From assembly GCA_963665845.2 (NCBI GenBank), contig OY762492.1:1536001-1600000 (forward strand): DNA of 64,000 nt, given 5' to 3'. This DNA comes from Candidatus Poribacteria bacterium (GTDB taxonomy: Bacteria; Poribacteria; WGA-4E; GCA-2687025). The translations under genes were made by a program, and so were the position numbers. Under the pieces are notes generated by a model. It worked only from the letters and a program-made list of their open reading frames with translations, was not told the DNA's origin and did not search any database. How positions within the stretch are numbered: position 1 is the first letter of the stretch; every line of letters starts with the position of its first letter. Positions 55,695 to 64,000 of this stretch are shown here, piece by piece.

Positions 55695-55998
55695 CCTCTA
55701 GATTCCCCTTGAAAAGGGGGGTTTAAAGCGCCGACGCGCCGACTGCGAAACCTTAAGATTCCCCCTTGAAAAGGGGGGCTAGGGGGGGTTTAAAGCGCCG
55801 ACGCGCCGACTGCGAAACCTTAAGATTCCCCCTTGAAAAGGGGGGCTAGGGGGGTTTAAAGCGCCGACGCGCCGACTGCGAAACCTTAAGATTCCCGCTT
55901 GCGCGGGAATGACGGAATGGCCGCGCGGGAATGACGGAATGGCCGCACGGGAATGACCCCCGTTTTCACGGGGGCAGGCTATGAGAAACGCGGAATGA
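55695..55998. repeat. tandemly amplified palindromic repeat cluster
   Basis: About 3 units with 66-67 bp period (ccttaagatt at 55751, 55818, 55884), then gggaatgacggaatggccgc twice and ccccgttttcacggggg. Confidence 0.9.
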
Positions 55999-56070
55999 GA
56001 GCAACTTGGAATGAGCCGCGGTCTCGGCTATCATATAGGCGTTCAGCGACGCGAACCGAAAGGGGTCTGA

Positions 56071-56679
56071 ATGTCTAAAAGCGCCGACGCCGACCATCCG
56101 ATCCATGCGCTCATTCGCCGGCGCTGGAGTCCGCGCTCCTTCTCCAGCCGAGAGATGACGCATGCGCAGCTGTTGAGCCTGCTGGAAGCGGCGCGGTGGG
56201 CGCCCTCCTCCTTCAACGCGCAGCCCTGGTCGTTCTTTGCGGCTCTGCGCGGGGATGAACCGCTCTTTTCGCGCCTGTTTGAATGCCTCATGCCCGGCAA
56301 CCAGCTCTGGGCAGGCAAGGCGGGCGCGCTGCTGCTCTCGGTCGCCGCAACCGTGAACGAAGAACGCGGCGCGAACCGGTATGCGTTCCATGACACAGGT
56401 CTCGCCTCCGCCAACCTGATTCTCCAAGCCGCATCAATGGACCTCTATGTCCATATGATGGGCGGATTCAACCGAGAAAAAGCGCGCGAGACGTTTCAAA
56501 TACCGGAAGGGCGCGAACCATGCGCCATGATCGCGGTCGGATACCTCGGCGAGGCGGACGCCCTGCCGGACGACCTGAAAGAGCGCGAGACGCAAACGCG
56601 CGAACGCATACCTGTAGATGAGTTTCTCTTCGGCGACAAATGGAGCGATCCGCCCAGCTTCTTAAAGAAGGGAAAATAA
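56071..56679 (+). CDS. nitroreductase family protein
   Basis: RRWSPRSF, AARWAPSSFNAQPW, HDTG, HMMGGF. Confidence 0.92.
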   Translation: MSKSADADHPIHALIRRRWSPRSFSSREMTHAQLLSLLEAARWAPSSFNAQPWSFFAALRGDEPLFSRLFECLMPGNQLWAGKAGALLLSVAATVNEERGANRYAFHDTGLASANLILQAASMDLYVHMMGGFNREKARETFQIPEGREPCAMIAVGYLGEADALPDDLKERETQTRERIPVDEFLFGDKWSDPPSFLKKGK

Positions 56680-57875
56680 TGCCCATGAAGCAGCGCGCCG
56701 TTTGGATTGCTGTCTGCGCCGCTTTTGCGTTGTCGGCGCCCGCGTGGAACGGGCATGCGCATGTGCGCGGCGAACATGGCATGGCGCCCGATCTCCCGCC
56801 CGGCATACCTGGTCTGGACCGCCCCTTCCCTAAAGACAATCAGAAATTCACCTTCGCTGTCATCGGCGATAAAACAGGCGGCGGGCTGGAAAACTGGCAT
56901 ATATTCGACCGCGCCATGCTGGAGGTGAACGAACTCCGTCCCGACTTTGCGATCATGGTCGGCGACCTCATCCAGGGCGGCACGGTCAGCGTCCCCCAAC
57001 TCGACAAAGAATGGAAAGAATTTTTAGAGCATGCCAGTCTCATTGAGGCGCCGTTCTTCTTTCTGCCCGGCAACCATGACATCAGCAACCAGATCATGTT
57101 CGACTACTGGGAAAAGAATGTCGGGCGCGCCTACTACTCCTTCAATTACAAGGGCTGCCATTTCATGGCGCTCAACACGGAGGAGGGTTGGCGTACCGGC
57201 GCGGTCATGTTCGGCGAGCCGCAGCTGAAATGGGCGGAGGAGAACATTGACAAAAACCGAAACGCGAAGCATATCTTTGTGTTCATGCACCGCCCCGCGT
57301 GGCGCCATTCAGGCGAAGCGCTGGCGCAGTGGGAGCGGATCGAAAAGCGGCTGAAGGGAACGCGCTACACCGTCTTTGTCGGACATTACCACCGCCTAAG
57401 CTATGAGCCGCGCCAAGAGCGCCCCTACTTTATTTTGGGTCCGACAGGCGCCGCCCTCCTGCCGAGCGAGGCGGAAGAATACGGCGCGATCCATCACTAC
57501 GCGCTGGTCACGGTGGACGGGAACGAGACGCGCGTCGCCGTCATCCGCCCGGGCAGCATTTTTCCGCATGACATCGCCACGCCAGAATTCCGCGCCTTGG
57601 CGGACAACGCGGTGCGCCTTGAACCGAGCAAGGAGATGAACGCGCTGAAGGTGTCGGTCAAAAACCCGTTTAAAAAAACGCTGCAGGCGCGCGTCTCCAT
57701 CGGCGCGGGAGAAGAAAAAGACGCCGAAGTCTCCTTCACGTTGGAACCGGACGAGAGCGGCGCCGGCGTCCTGCAATACCCGCGCCCGTCCAACCTGACG
57801 CTGTCCGTGCCGGTCACGGTGGAGGTTTTCTACGACGGGGATCTGCTCTACCAGCGCGTCGGCGAGATTCGATAG
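56679..57875 (+). CDS. secreted calcineurin-like metallophosphoesterase
   Basis: Signal peptide; VIGD, MVGDLI, PGNHD, FMH.P, GHYH. Confidence 0.88.
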   Translation: MPMKQRAVWIAVCAAFALSAPAWNGHAHVRGEHGMAPDLPPGIPGLDRPFPKDNQKFTFAVIGDKTGGGLENWHIFDRAMLEVNELRPDFAIMVGDLIQGGTVSVPQLDKEWKEFLEHASLIEAPFFFLPGNHDISNQIMFDYWEKNVGRAYYSFNYKGCHFMALNTEEGWRTGAVMFGEPQLKWAEENIDKNRNAKHIFVFMHRPAWRHSGEALAQWERIEKRLKGTRYTVFVGHYHRLSYEPRQERPYFILGPTGAALLPSEAEEYGAIHHYALVTVDGNETRVAVIRPGSIFPHDIATPEFRALADNAVRLEPSKEMNALKVSVKNPFKKTLQARVSIGAGEEKDAEVSFTLEPDESGAGVLQYPRPSNLTLSVPVTVEVFYDGDLLYQRVGEIR

Positions 57876-57890
57876 GCTTAAAACGGAGCA

Positions 57891-60278
57891 ATGCGCATGG
57901 ATGTCGGTACGCTTCCCCTCCTGAAAGCGAGCGGCGACCAGCTGGAGGCGATCAGCCGAGAGGGGGGCTTGTCGCTCAACCTGAACGAAATGCGCGCTGT
58001 CCAGGCGCATTTTCAAAAAATCGGACGCGATCCGACCGATGTCGAGATCGAAACGATCGCGCAAACCTGGTCGGAGCATTGCGTTCATAAAACCTTTCGC
58101 GGACGAATCGACTATGAAGAAAACGGACGGCGCGAGCAGATCAACAGCCTGCTCAAAACCTACATCTTCGGCGCGACGGAGAAGATTGGGCGGGACGACT
58201 GCGTCTCCGTTTTTAAAGACAACGCGGGCGTCATCCGCCTAGACGATCAGTACGGCATCGCGTTCAAGGTGGAGACGCACAACCACCCTTCCGCTGTTGA
58301 ACCGTACGGCGGCGCGGGGACCGGCATCGGCGGCGTCATACGGGACATACTCGGCACAGGGCTGGGCGCCAAACCGATTCTGAACACCGATGTGTTCTGC
58401 TTCGGTCCGCATGACATGCCGATGGAGCGGCTGCCGAAAGGCGTTCTTCATCCGAAGCGCGTTTTCAAGGGCGTCGTCGCCGGCGTCCGCGACTACGGCA
58501 ACCGCATGGGCATTCCGACCGCGAACGGCGCGATCTTTTTTGACGAACGTTACACCGCGAATCCGATTGTGTACTGCGGCTGCGCCGGGTTGATACCGCT
58601 TGACCGCGTCGATAAAAATGTCCTGCCGGGCGATGTCATCATGGCGGTCGGCGGACGGACAGGGCGGGACGGCATCCACGGCGCCACCTTCTCCTCGGCG
58701 GAGCTGGACGAAACCTCCGAGTCGCTCGGCAGCGTCGTTCAGATTGGCAACCCGATTGTTGAAAAAAAGATGACAGACGCGCTCCTCCAAGCGCGCGACG
58801 AGGGGCTGTTTCGATGCATAACCGACTGCGGCGCGGGCGGTTTCTCGTCGGCTGTCGGCGAGATGGGCAGCGAGATCGGCGCGGAGGCGCATCTGGAACG
58901 CGCCCCGCTCAAATACGACGGACTCGCCCCGTGGGAAATCTGGCTCTCGGAGGCGCAGGAGCGCATGGTTCTCGCCGTTCCGCCTGAAAACGAGGCGCGG
59001 CTGAAGGCGCTGCTTGCGGCGGAGGATGTGGAAGCCGCCTCGCTTGGACATTTCACCGACACGGGCAGGCTGATTGTTAAGTACAAAGGAGAGACGGTCG
59101 GCGACCTGGACATGGAGTTTTTGCACAACGGACTGCCGGACATCGCCAAGCGCGCCGTCTGGAACGCCCCTGACCGGCGCGATCCCGTCTTTGACGAACC
59201 GAGCGACCTAACCGAGACGCTGACCGCGCTGCTCGCCATGCCGAACATCGCCAGCAAAGAGTGGGTCATTCGACAATACGACCATGAGGTGCAGGGCGGC
59301 GTTGTCGTCAAGCCGCTGCAGGGGGCGGCGCATGACGGGCCGGGAAACGCCTGCGTTATTCAGCCGATGCTGGACAGGCAGACAGGCGTCGTCTTTGCGA
59401 ACGGCATGAACCCGAAATACGGCGACATCGACCCGTACTGGATGGCGGCTCTCGCCGTGGATGAGGCGCTGCGGAATGTCGCGGCGACGGGCGGAAGCCG
59501 CCAACGAACGGCGCTGCTGGACAACTTCAGCTGGGGCAATCCTGACAAGCCTGATCGGCTCGGCGCGCTCGTCCGCGCGGCGAAAGGGTGTTATGACGCC
59601 GCCGTCGGCTTCGGGACGCCGTTCATCTCCGGGAAGGACAGCCTCTACAACGAATACCGTGACGGCGATACGGGCGAAAGCGCCGCCATCCCAGGAACGC
59701 TGCTCATCTCCGCCGTCTGTCCAATCGACGATGTGTCCAAGACGCTCACGATGGACGCGAAGGCGGCGGGGGATGTTGTGTATCTTGTCGGACAGACGCG
59801 CAAGGAGCTGGGCGGTTCCCATTATTACGCCCTTCGCGGCGAAATCGGCGCCTCCGTTCCGCACGTGCGTTTCGATGAGGCGCGCCGATCCATCGACGCC
59901 GTCTCGCAAGCCGCGGCGGAGGGTCGGCTCCGTTCGGCGCATGACTGCTCCGAAGGCGGCTTAGCGGCCGCGCTGGCGGAAACGGCGTTCGCAGGCGGCT
60001 TCGGCATGGACATACGCCTACCCAAAGAAGCGGCGAAAGATATGCGCTTTGACGAATTCCTGTTTTCAGAGTCGCCCAGCCGCTTTGTCGTTACATGTTC
60101 GCCGAGTCAAGAGGCGGATTTGGTCAAAACATGGAAGGCGCATGGCGCGGAAGCGCATCGGCTGGGCGTTACGGCGGAGCGCCCGCTTCTGGCCGTTCAA
60201 GACGCGGACGGGCAAACGCGCCTCTCCGCCGACATCTTCGCGCTAAAAGAAGCATGGCAAGGGACATTCAACTGGTGA
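57891..60278 (+). CDS. purL: FGAM synthase subunit PurL
   Basis: WSEHCVHK, KVETHNHPS, TGRDGIHGA, DCGAGG, SEAQERM, QYDHEV. Confidence 0.97.
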   Translation: MRMDVGTLPLLKASGDQLEAISREGGLSLNLNEMRAVQAHFQKIGRDPTDVEIETIAQTWSEHCVHKTFRGRIDYEENGRREQINSLLKTYIFGATEKIGRDDCVSVFKDNAGVIRLDDQYGIAFKVETHNHPSAVEPYGGAGTGIGGVIRDILGTGLGAKPILNTDVFCFGPHDMPMERLPKGVLHPKRVFKGVVAGVRDYGNRMGIPTANGAIFFDERYTANPIVYCGCAGLIPLDRVDKNVLPGDVIMAVGGRTGRDGIHGATFSSAELDETSESLGSVVQIGNPIVEKKMTDALLQARDEGLFRCITDCGAGGFSSAVGEMGSEIGAEAHLERAPLKYDGLAPWEIWLSEAQERMVLAVPPENEARLKALLAAEDVEAASLGHFTDTGRLIVKYKGETVGDLDMEFLHNGLPDIAKRAVWNAPDRRDPVFDEPSDLTETLTALLAMPNIASKEWVIRQYDHEVQGGVVVKPLQGAAHDGPGNACVIQPMLDRQTGVVFANGMNPKYGDIDPYWMAALAVDEALRNVAATGGSRQRTALLDNFSWGNPDKPDRLGALVRAAKGCYDAAVGFGTPFISGKDSLYNEYRDGDTGESAAIPGTLLISAVCPIDDVSKTLTMDAKAAGDVVYLVGQTRKELGGSHYYALRGEIGASVPHVRFDEARRSIDAVSQAAAEGRLRSAHDCSEGGLAAALAETAFAGGFGMDIRLPKEAAKDMRFDEFLFSESPSRFVVTCSPSQEADLVKTWKAHGAEAHRLGVTAERPLLAVQDADGQTRLSADIFALKEAWQGTFNW

Positions 60279-60286
60279 GGAGTTCC

Positions 60287-61051
60287 ATGCAGGTTAAAGC
60301 GGTCATTTTGAGAGCCGGCGGCATCAACTGCGACGTCGAAACGGAGCGCGCCTTCACAGCGGCGGGCGCCGACGCCGAGCGCGTCCATATCCGCCGCTTT
60401 TTAGACGGCGAACGGCGGCTGGACGAGTTTCATATCCTGGCGATACCGGGCGGCTTCAGCTACGGAGACGACATCGCCGCCGGCAAAGCGCTGGCAAACG
60501 AGCTGGTACATCGGATGCATGAGCCGCTGCGCCGTTTCGTCCAGGCGCGGAAACCTGTCCTGGGCGTCTGCAACGGGTTTCAGGTACTGGTACGCGCGGG
60601 GCTTTTGCCCGATGGAGATCTCGGAACGCAGACAGCAAGCCTGGCATGGAACGACTCCGGCAAGTTTGAATGCCGATGGACGCGCCTAAAGCCGGCGCCG
60701 AGCCGCTCCATCTTTACTAAGGGGATCGAAACGGAAATAGAGCTTCCGGTCGCCCATGCGGAAGGGAAATTTTTAACGGGCGGGGACGATCTCTTGGACG
60801 CGCTGGAAGCGAACGGGCAGGTGGCGCTGCGTTATGCGGGAGAGGGTTACCCCGCCATCCCGAACGGCTCGGCGCGCGCCATCGCCGCGGTGTGCGATCC
60901 GTCCGGCGTCGTCATGGGCATGATGCCGCACCCTGAACGGTTCATCAGCCGTTATCAACATCCCCGCTGGACGCGCGAGCCGCTGCCTGAAGAGGGAGCC
61001 GGGCTGGCGATCTTCCGCAACGCTGTCGAGTATGCGCAGGCGCTGATATAA
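60287..61051 (+). CDS. purQ: FGAM synthase glutaminase subunit PurQ
   Basis: GINCD.E, PGGFSYGD, GVCNGFQ, AHAEG, MMPHPER. Confidence 0.96.
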   Translation: MQVKAVILRAGGINCDVETERAFTAAGADAERVHIRRFLDGERRLDEFHILAIPGGFSYGDDIAAGKALANELVHRMHEPLRRFVQARKPVLGVCNGFQVLVRAGLLPDGDLGTQTASLAWNDSGKFECRWTRLKPAPSRSIFTKGIETEIELPVAHAEGKFLTGGDDLLDALEANGQVALRYAGEGYPAIPNGSARAIAAVCDPSGVVMGMMPHPERFISRYQHPRWTREPLPEEGAGLAIFRNAVEYAQALI

Positions 61052-61060
61052 AGAAGAACG

Positions 61061-62527
61061 ATGCTCAGCAAACAGTTTGAACCGAACGCGCTTTATTTCG
61101 GCGATTGTCTTGAGGTCATGCAAGAATGGCCGGATGAATGCGTCGATCTGATATGCCTTGATCCGCCGTTCAACTCGAACGCCCAATACAACAACATTTT
61201 CAAAGGGCGCGGACTGTTCGGAAAATCGATCAACCCGCAAATCAAGGCGTATGAGGACATCTGGACATGGAACGATGAATCTGTAGAGCGGCTGAACCGC
61301 GTTAAAAATGCGCATGCAAATCCCGCAAGCGCTGTCATCAAAGGCTTTGAGGCGTTTATTCCGAAAAGCCGGACGCTCTCGTACACATCTTACATGGCGG
61401 AGCGTTTGTATCAGACGCATCGCATTTTAAAGCCGACGGGAACCCTTTATCTCCACTGCGACCCGACCGCCTCCCATTATCTGAAACTGATCATGGACGC
61501 GGTCTTTGGAAAGCGGAATTTTAGAAATGAAATCATCTGGCATTACTCCAATCTTTCGGCGACAAGAAGGCATTTTCCCAGAAAGCATGACACGATCTTT
61601 CGATATACGAAATCGAACGATTGGACGTTCAACCACGAAGAAATTCGAGTGCCGTATTCGGAGTCGTCTCATAACCGAGTCCAGTATAAAGGCTCCGGTT
61701 TTGCGGAAAAAAGCGATGGCAGCTGGTTGAATGAAAAGGGCAAAATACCGGACACGGTATGGGACATACCGCTGCTAAAAGGCAAGGAGCGTATCGGATA
61801 CCCGACGCAAAAGCCGATTGCCGTATATGACCGCATCGTGAAAGCGTCTTCGAAACCGGGCGATGTTGTGCTGGACCCGTTCTGCGGATGCGGAACGACC
61901 GTTGTCGCGGCGCTGCTGAACGGCCGCCATGCTGTCGGCATCGACATTTATGCGCCGGCGCTGAATTTAATAAACGAAAAGAGGATTGCCCCGATGGGCG
62001 CGCATCAGCTGCCTGTGAAAGGTACGCCGAACAATGTTACGGAAGCGCGCATGTTGCATCGACATGACCCGTATAAGTTCCAGGACTGGGCGATTGGATT
62101 GATACCTGGGCTGGCGCCGAACCCGAACAAGTCGCGCGACGGCGGCGTGGACGGAGCGGGCGTCATCGCCATGAAACCTGAAAACAGCGACTTGAGAGGC
62201 GTCGTTGTCCAGGTTACGGGTTCCCCCGGCTCTCAAATTCAAAAATATAAAGAGCTGCAGGCAACCATGCTGAACAACGACGCCGCCATGGGCATTTTCA
62301 AAACGCTAGAGGAGCAGCGCATGCGGCATCAGTGGAAATTGGATTGGGCGTCTAGACTGGATCAAGTCCATGTGGACGGCGAGTCGTACGACCCGATTCA
62401 GTGTTTTTCTATTGAAGAGTATTTTAACAAAGATCGGAAATGGGACGCCGTTCTGGATTTGCCGTTGCTGACCGATCCGTACACCGGCAAGAAACTGGAA
62501 CGAACGCTGTTCAATCAAACGCCTTAA
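61061..62527 (+). CDS. N6/N4 DNA methyltransferase with degenerate Mrr-like C-terminal domain (paralogue of 13103-14518)
   Basis: LYFGDCL, DPPFNSN, LHCDPTASHYLK, YPTQKP, DPFCGCGTT; FQDWA..RDGGVDG..QVT; lower GC than the flanks. Confidence 0.9.
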   Translation: MLSKQFEPNALYFGDCLEVMQEWPDECVDLICLDPPFNSNAQYNNIFKGRGLFGKSINPQIKAYEDIWTWNDESVERLNRVKNAHANPASAVIKGFEAFIPKSRTLSYTSYMAERLYQTHRILKPTGTLYLHCDPTASHYLKLIMDAVFGKRNFRNEIIWHYSNLSATRRHFPRKHDTIFRYTKSNDWTFNHEEIRVPYSESSHNRVQYKGSGFAEKSDGSWLNEKGKIPDTVWDIPLLKGKERIGYPTQKPIAVYDRIVKASSKPGDVVLDPFCGCGTTVVAALLNGRHAVGIDIYAPALNLINEKRIAPMGAHQLPVKGTPNNVTEARMLHRHDPYKFQDWAIGLIPGLAPNPNKSRDGGVDGAGVIAMKPENSDLRGVVVQVTGSPGSQIQKYKELQATMLNNDAAMGIFKTLEEQRMRHQWKLDWASRLDQVHVDGESYDPIQCFSIEEYFNKDRKWDAVLDLPLLTDPYTGKKLERTLFNQTP

Positions 62528-62548
62528 AACAGACTGCGGAGCGAAGCG

Positions 62549-63685
62549 ATGCACATCAAGCGCGAGATACAGCCGATTCAACTTGAGCGCAGAGCCGACC
62601 GAAACAGGTTTATTGACGTTCCCTATCGTCTTCATGCGGACGAGCCGCACTGGAGAGCGCCGCTTCGTTTGAGCCAAGCGAGCATTCTGAACGCGGCGAA
62701 GAACCCGTTTTTTCAGCAGGCGCGCGTCGCCGCATGGCTCGCGCTGCAGGACGGGCAGCCGGCGGGAAGAATCGCCGCGATGGTGAATACGGCGCACAAC
62801 GATTTTCATGAGGACAAGGTCGGATTCTTCGGCTTTTTTGAATGCGTCAACGACCGCGAACTCGCCGAGGCGCTGTTCAATAAGGCGGCGGAATGGCTGC
62901 GTCAAAACGGAATGGAGACGATGCGCGGACCGGCGAACCCGTCCACAAACGGGGAATGCGGCATGCTCATCGACCCGTTCGACAAGCCGCCGATGCTCAT
63001 GACGCCGTATAACCCGCCGTATTATCCGCAGCTGATGGACGCGCTTGGTTTTGAAAAGGCGCAGGATCTCTACATGCTGCTCATTTCGCACGAGGGCGGC
63101 GGGATGGATGAGCGCATCTTCCGCATCGCCGACCGGCTAGAAAAGCGAATGAGCATGAAGATACGCCCCATCAACCTCAAAAATGTGCGTTCCGAACTGG
63201 CGGCTTTTAAGGAACTGTACCAGAGATCATGGGAGCGCAACTGGGGCTTCGTTCCGTTGAGCGGCGCGGAGCTGGACTACATCGCCGGGGATCTGAAGAC
63301 GGTCGTTCATCCATCCTCCTCGTTGTTTGCGGAAGCGGACGGGCGTCTGGTCGGGGCGAGCGTCTGCCTTTACGATATGAACGAGATACTGGCGGACAAC
63401 CGCAGCGGTCGGCTTTTTCCGCGCGGCTTGTGGCGCGTCCTGACCGCCAAGAAGCGCGTCAAAGGCCTCCGCATTTTTCTGCTGGGCGTCGCCCCTGAAT
63501 ACCGCAACCGCGGGCTGGACGCTGTCCTCTACGCCCAAATCTTTCGAAACGCGGGCGTTCAAGACGGAATGACGCATGGGGAGATGGGATGGATTTTGGA
63601 AAGCAACGAGAACATGGTACAGGCGGGGCTGAAAATGGGCGGCAAGATCTATAAGACCTACCGCATTTACGACCGCCCCCTCTAA
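62549..63685 (+). CDS. N-acetyltransferase, YghO-like (double GNAT)
   Basis: GRIAA, GFFGFFEC, MRGP.NPS, PYNPPYY, NWGFVP, LGV.PEYRNRG, WILE.N. Confidence 0.85.
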   Translation: MHIKREIQPIQLERRADRNRFIDVPYRLHADEPHWRAPLRLSQASILNAAKNPFFQQARVAAWLALQDGQPAGRIAAMVNTAHNDFHEDKVGFFGFFECVNDRELAEALFNKAAEWLRQNGMETMRGPANPSTNGECGMLIDPFDKPPMLMTPYNPPYYPQLMDALGFEKAQDLYMLLISHEGGGMDERIFRIADRLEKRMSMKIRPINLKNVRSELAAFKELYQRSWERNWGFVPLSGAELDYIAGDLKTVVHPSSSLFAEADGRLVGASVCLYDMNEILADNRSGRLFPRGLWRVLTAKKRVKGLRIFLLGVAPEYRNRGLDAVLYAQIFRNAGVQDGMTHGEMGWILESNENMVQAGLKMGGKIYKTYRIYDRPL

Positions 63686-63720
63686 CCGCCTGTTTCCGCT
63701 CTGCCGCCCCGCCGCTCGTT

Positions 63721-63810
63721 GTCGTTCCTGCGCAAGCGGGAATCCAGAGTTCAAGCCCAAAACTGTCCGCGTTCGCGCGCCGACATGTCTCAACTAAGAC
63801 GTAAGTCAGG
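63721..63810. repeat. partial MITE family B arm between convergent genes
   Basis: gcgcaagcgggaatccagag...gtccgcgttcg...catgtctcaactaagacgtaagtcagg. Confidence 0.7.
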
Positions 63811-64000
63811 CTAAGAGCCGCCCCCCTCATCCAGAAGCTGCGCATACACATAATAGGCGCCGAGCGACTCGCCTTCGTCGTCCGTGAGCCAGGTTTGCAG
63901 GTCGGTCGGTCCGGCGGGCAGATCGAACTCAAACGCGGCGCCTTTGTCGGTCGGCGCCACTTCGGCGCTCTGCTCCTGTTCGCCGACGCGGATGCGCGCC
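63811..64000 (-). CDS. C-terminal end of a probable arylsulfatase (5' part outside window)
   Basis: Manual translation ...FEFDLPAGPTDLQTWLTDDEGESLGAYYVYAQLL..stop resembles the C-terminal domain of PVC-type arylsulfatases. Confidence 0.6.
   Translation of the reverse strand, partial: ARIRVGEQEQSAEVAPTDKGAAFEFDLPAGPTDLQTWLTDDEGESLGAYYVYAQLLDEGGGS

Noticed and set aside
55695-55960. Possible CRISPR array (66-67 bp period)
   Set aside because: The intervening sequences are identical rather than unique spacers, the unit is made of the dispersed palindromic modules, and no cas genes are present

Overview
GC-rich bacterial chromosomal window with about 55 genes. It is most likely from a Candidatus Poribacteria-like lineage; this is inferred from a C-terminal SVNPADKKHTQWGAIK motif, a UBact-proteasome operon, a DUF1549/DUF1553-DUF1501 cluster, and PhyH and sulfatase genes. 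Housekeeping genes include glnE (partial), pckG, murJ, mnmA, fabV, a C-terminal protease, ileS, leuA, a XerC/D-like recombinase, ruvX, purL and purQ. The most striking locus is an apparently attenuator-controlled operon. It runs from a type-2 ileS with a swapped GVHH signature (in place of HIGH), through seven tandem, mosaic RimJ/RimL-type GNAT paralogues whose variation sits in the acceptor-site segments, to leuA. Also notable are a self-contained ubact-prcB-prcA-pafA operon with no adjacent mpa or dop, a DNA methyltransferase pseudogene split by an inverted cassette carrying a related MTase-Mrr fusion, and a divergent diadenylate-cyclase-domain protein. Two MITE families and modular REP-like palindromes fill most of the larger intergenic spaces. 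No CRISPR array, rRNA, tRNA or transposase gene was recognised. All calls are from reading motifs by eye; no searches were run.
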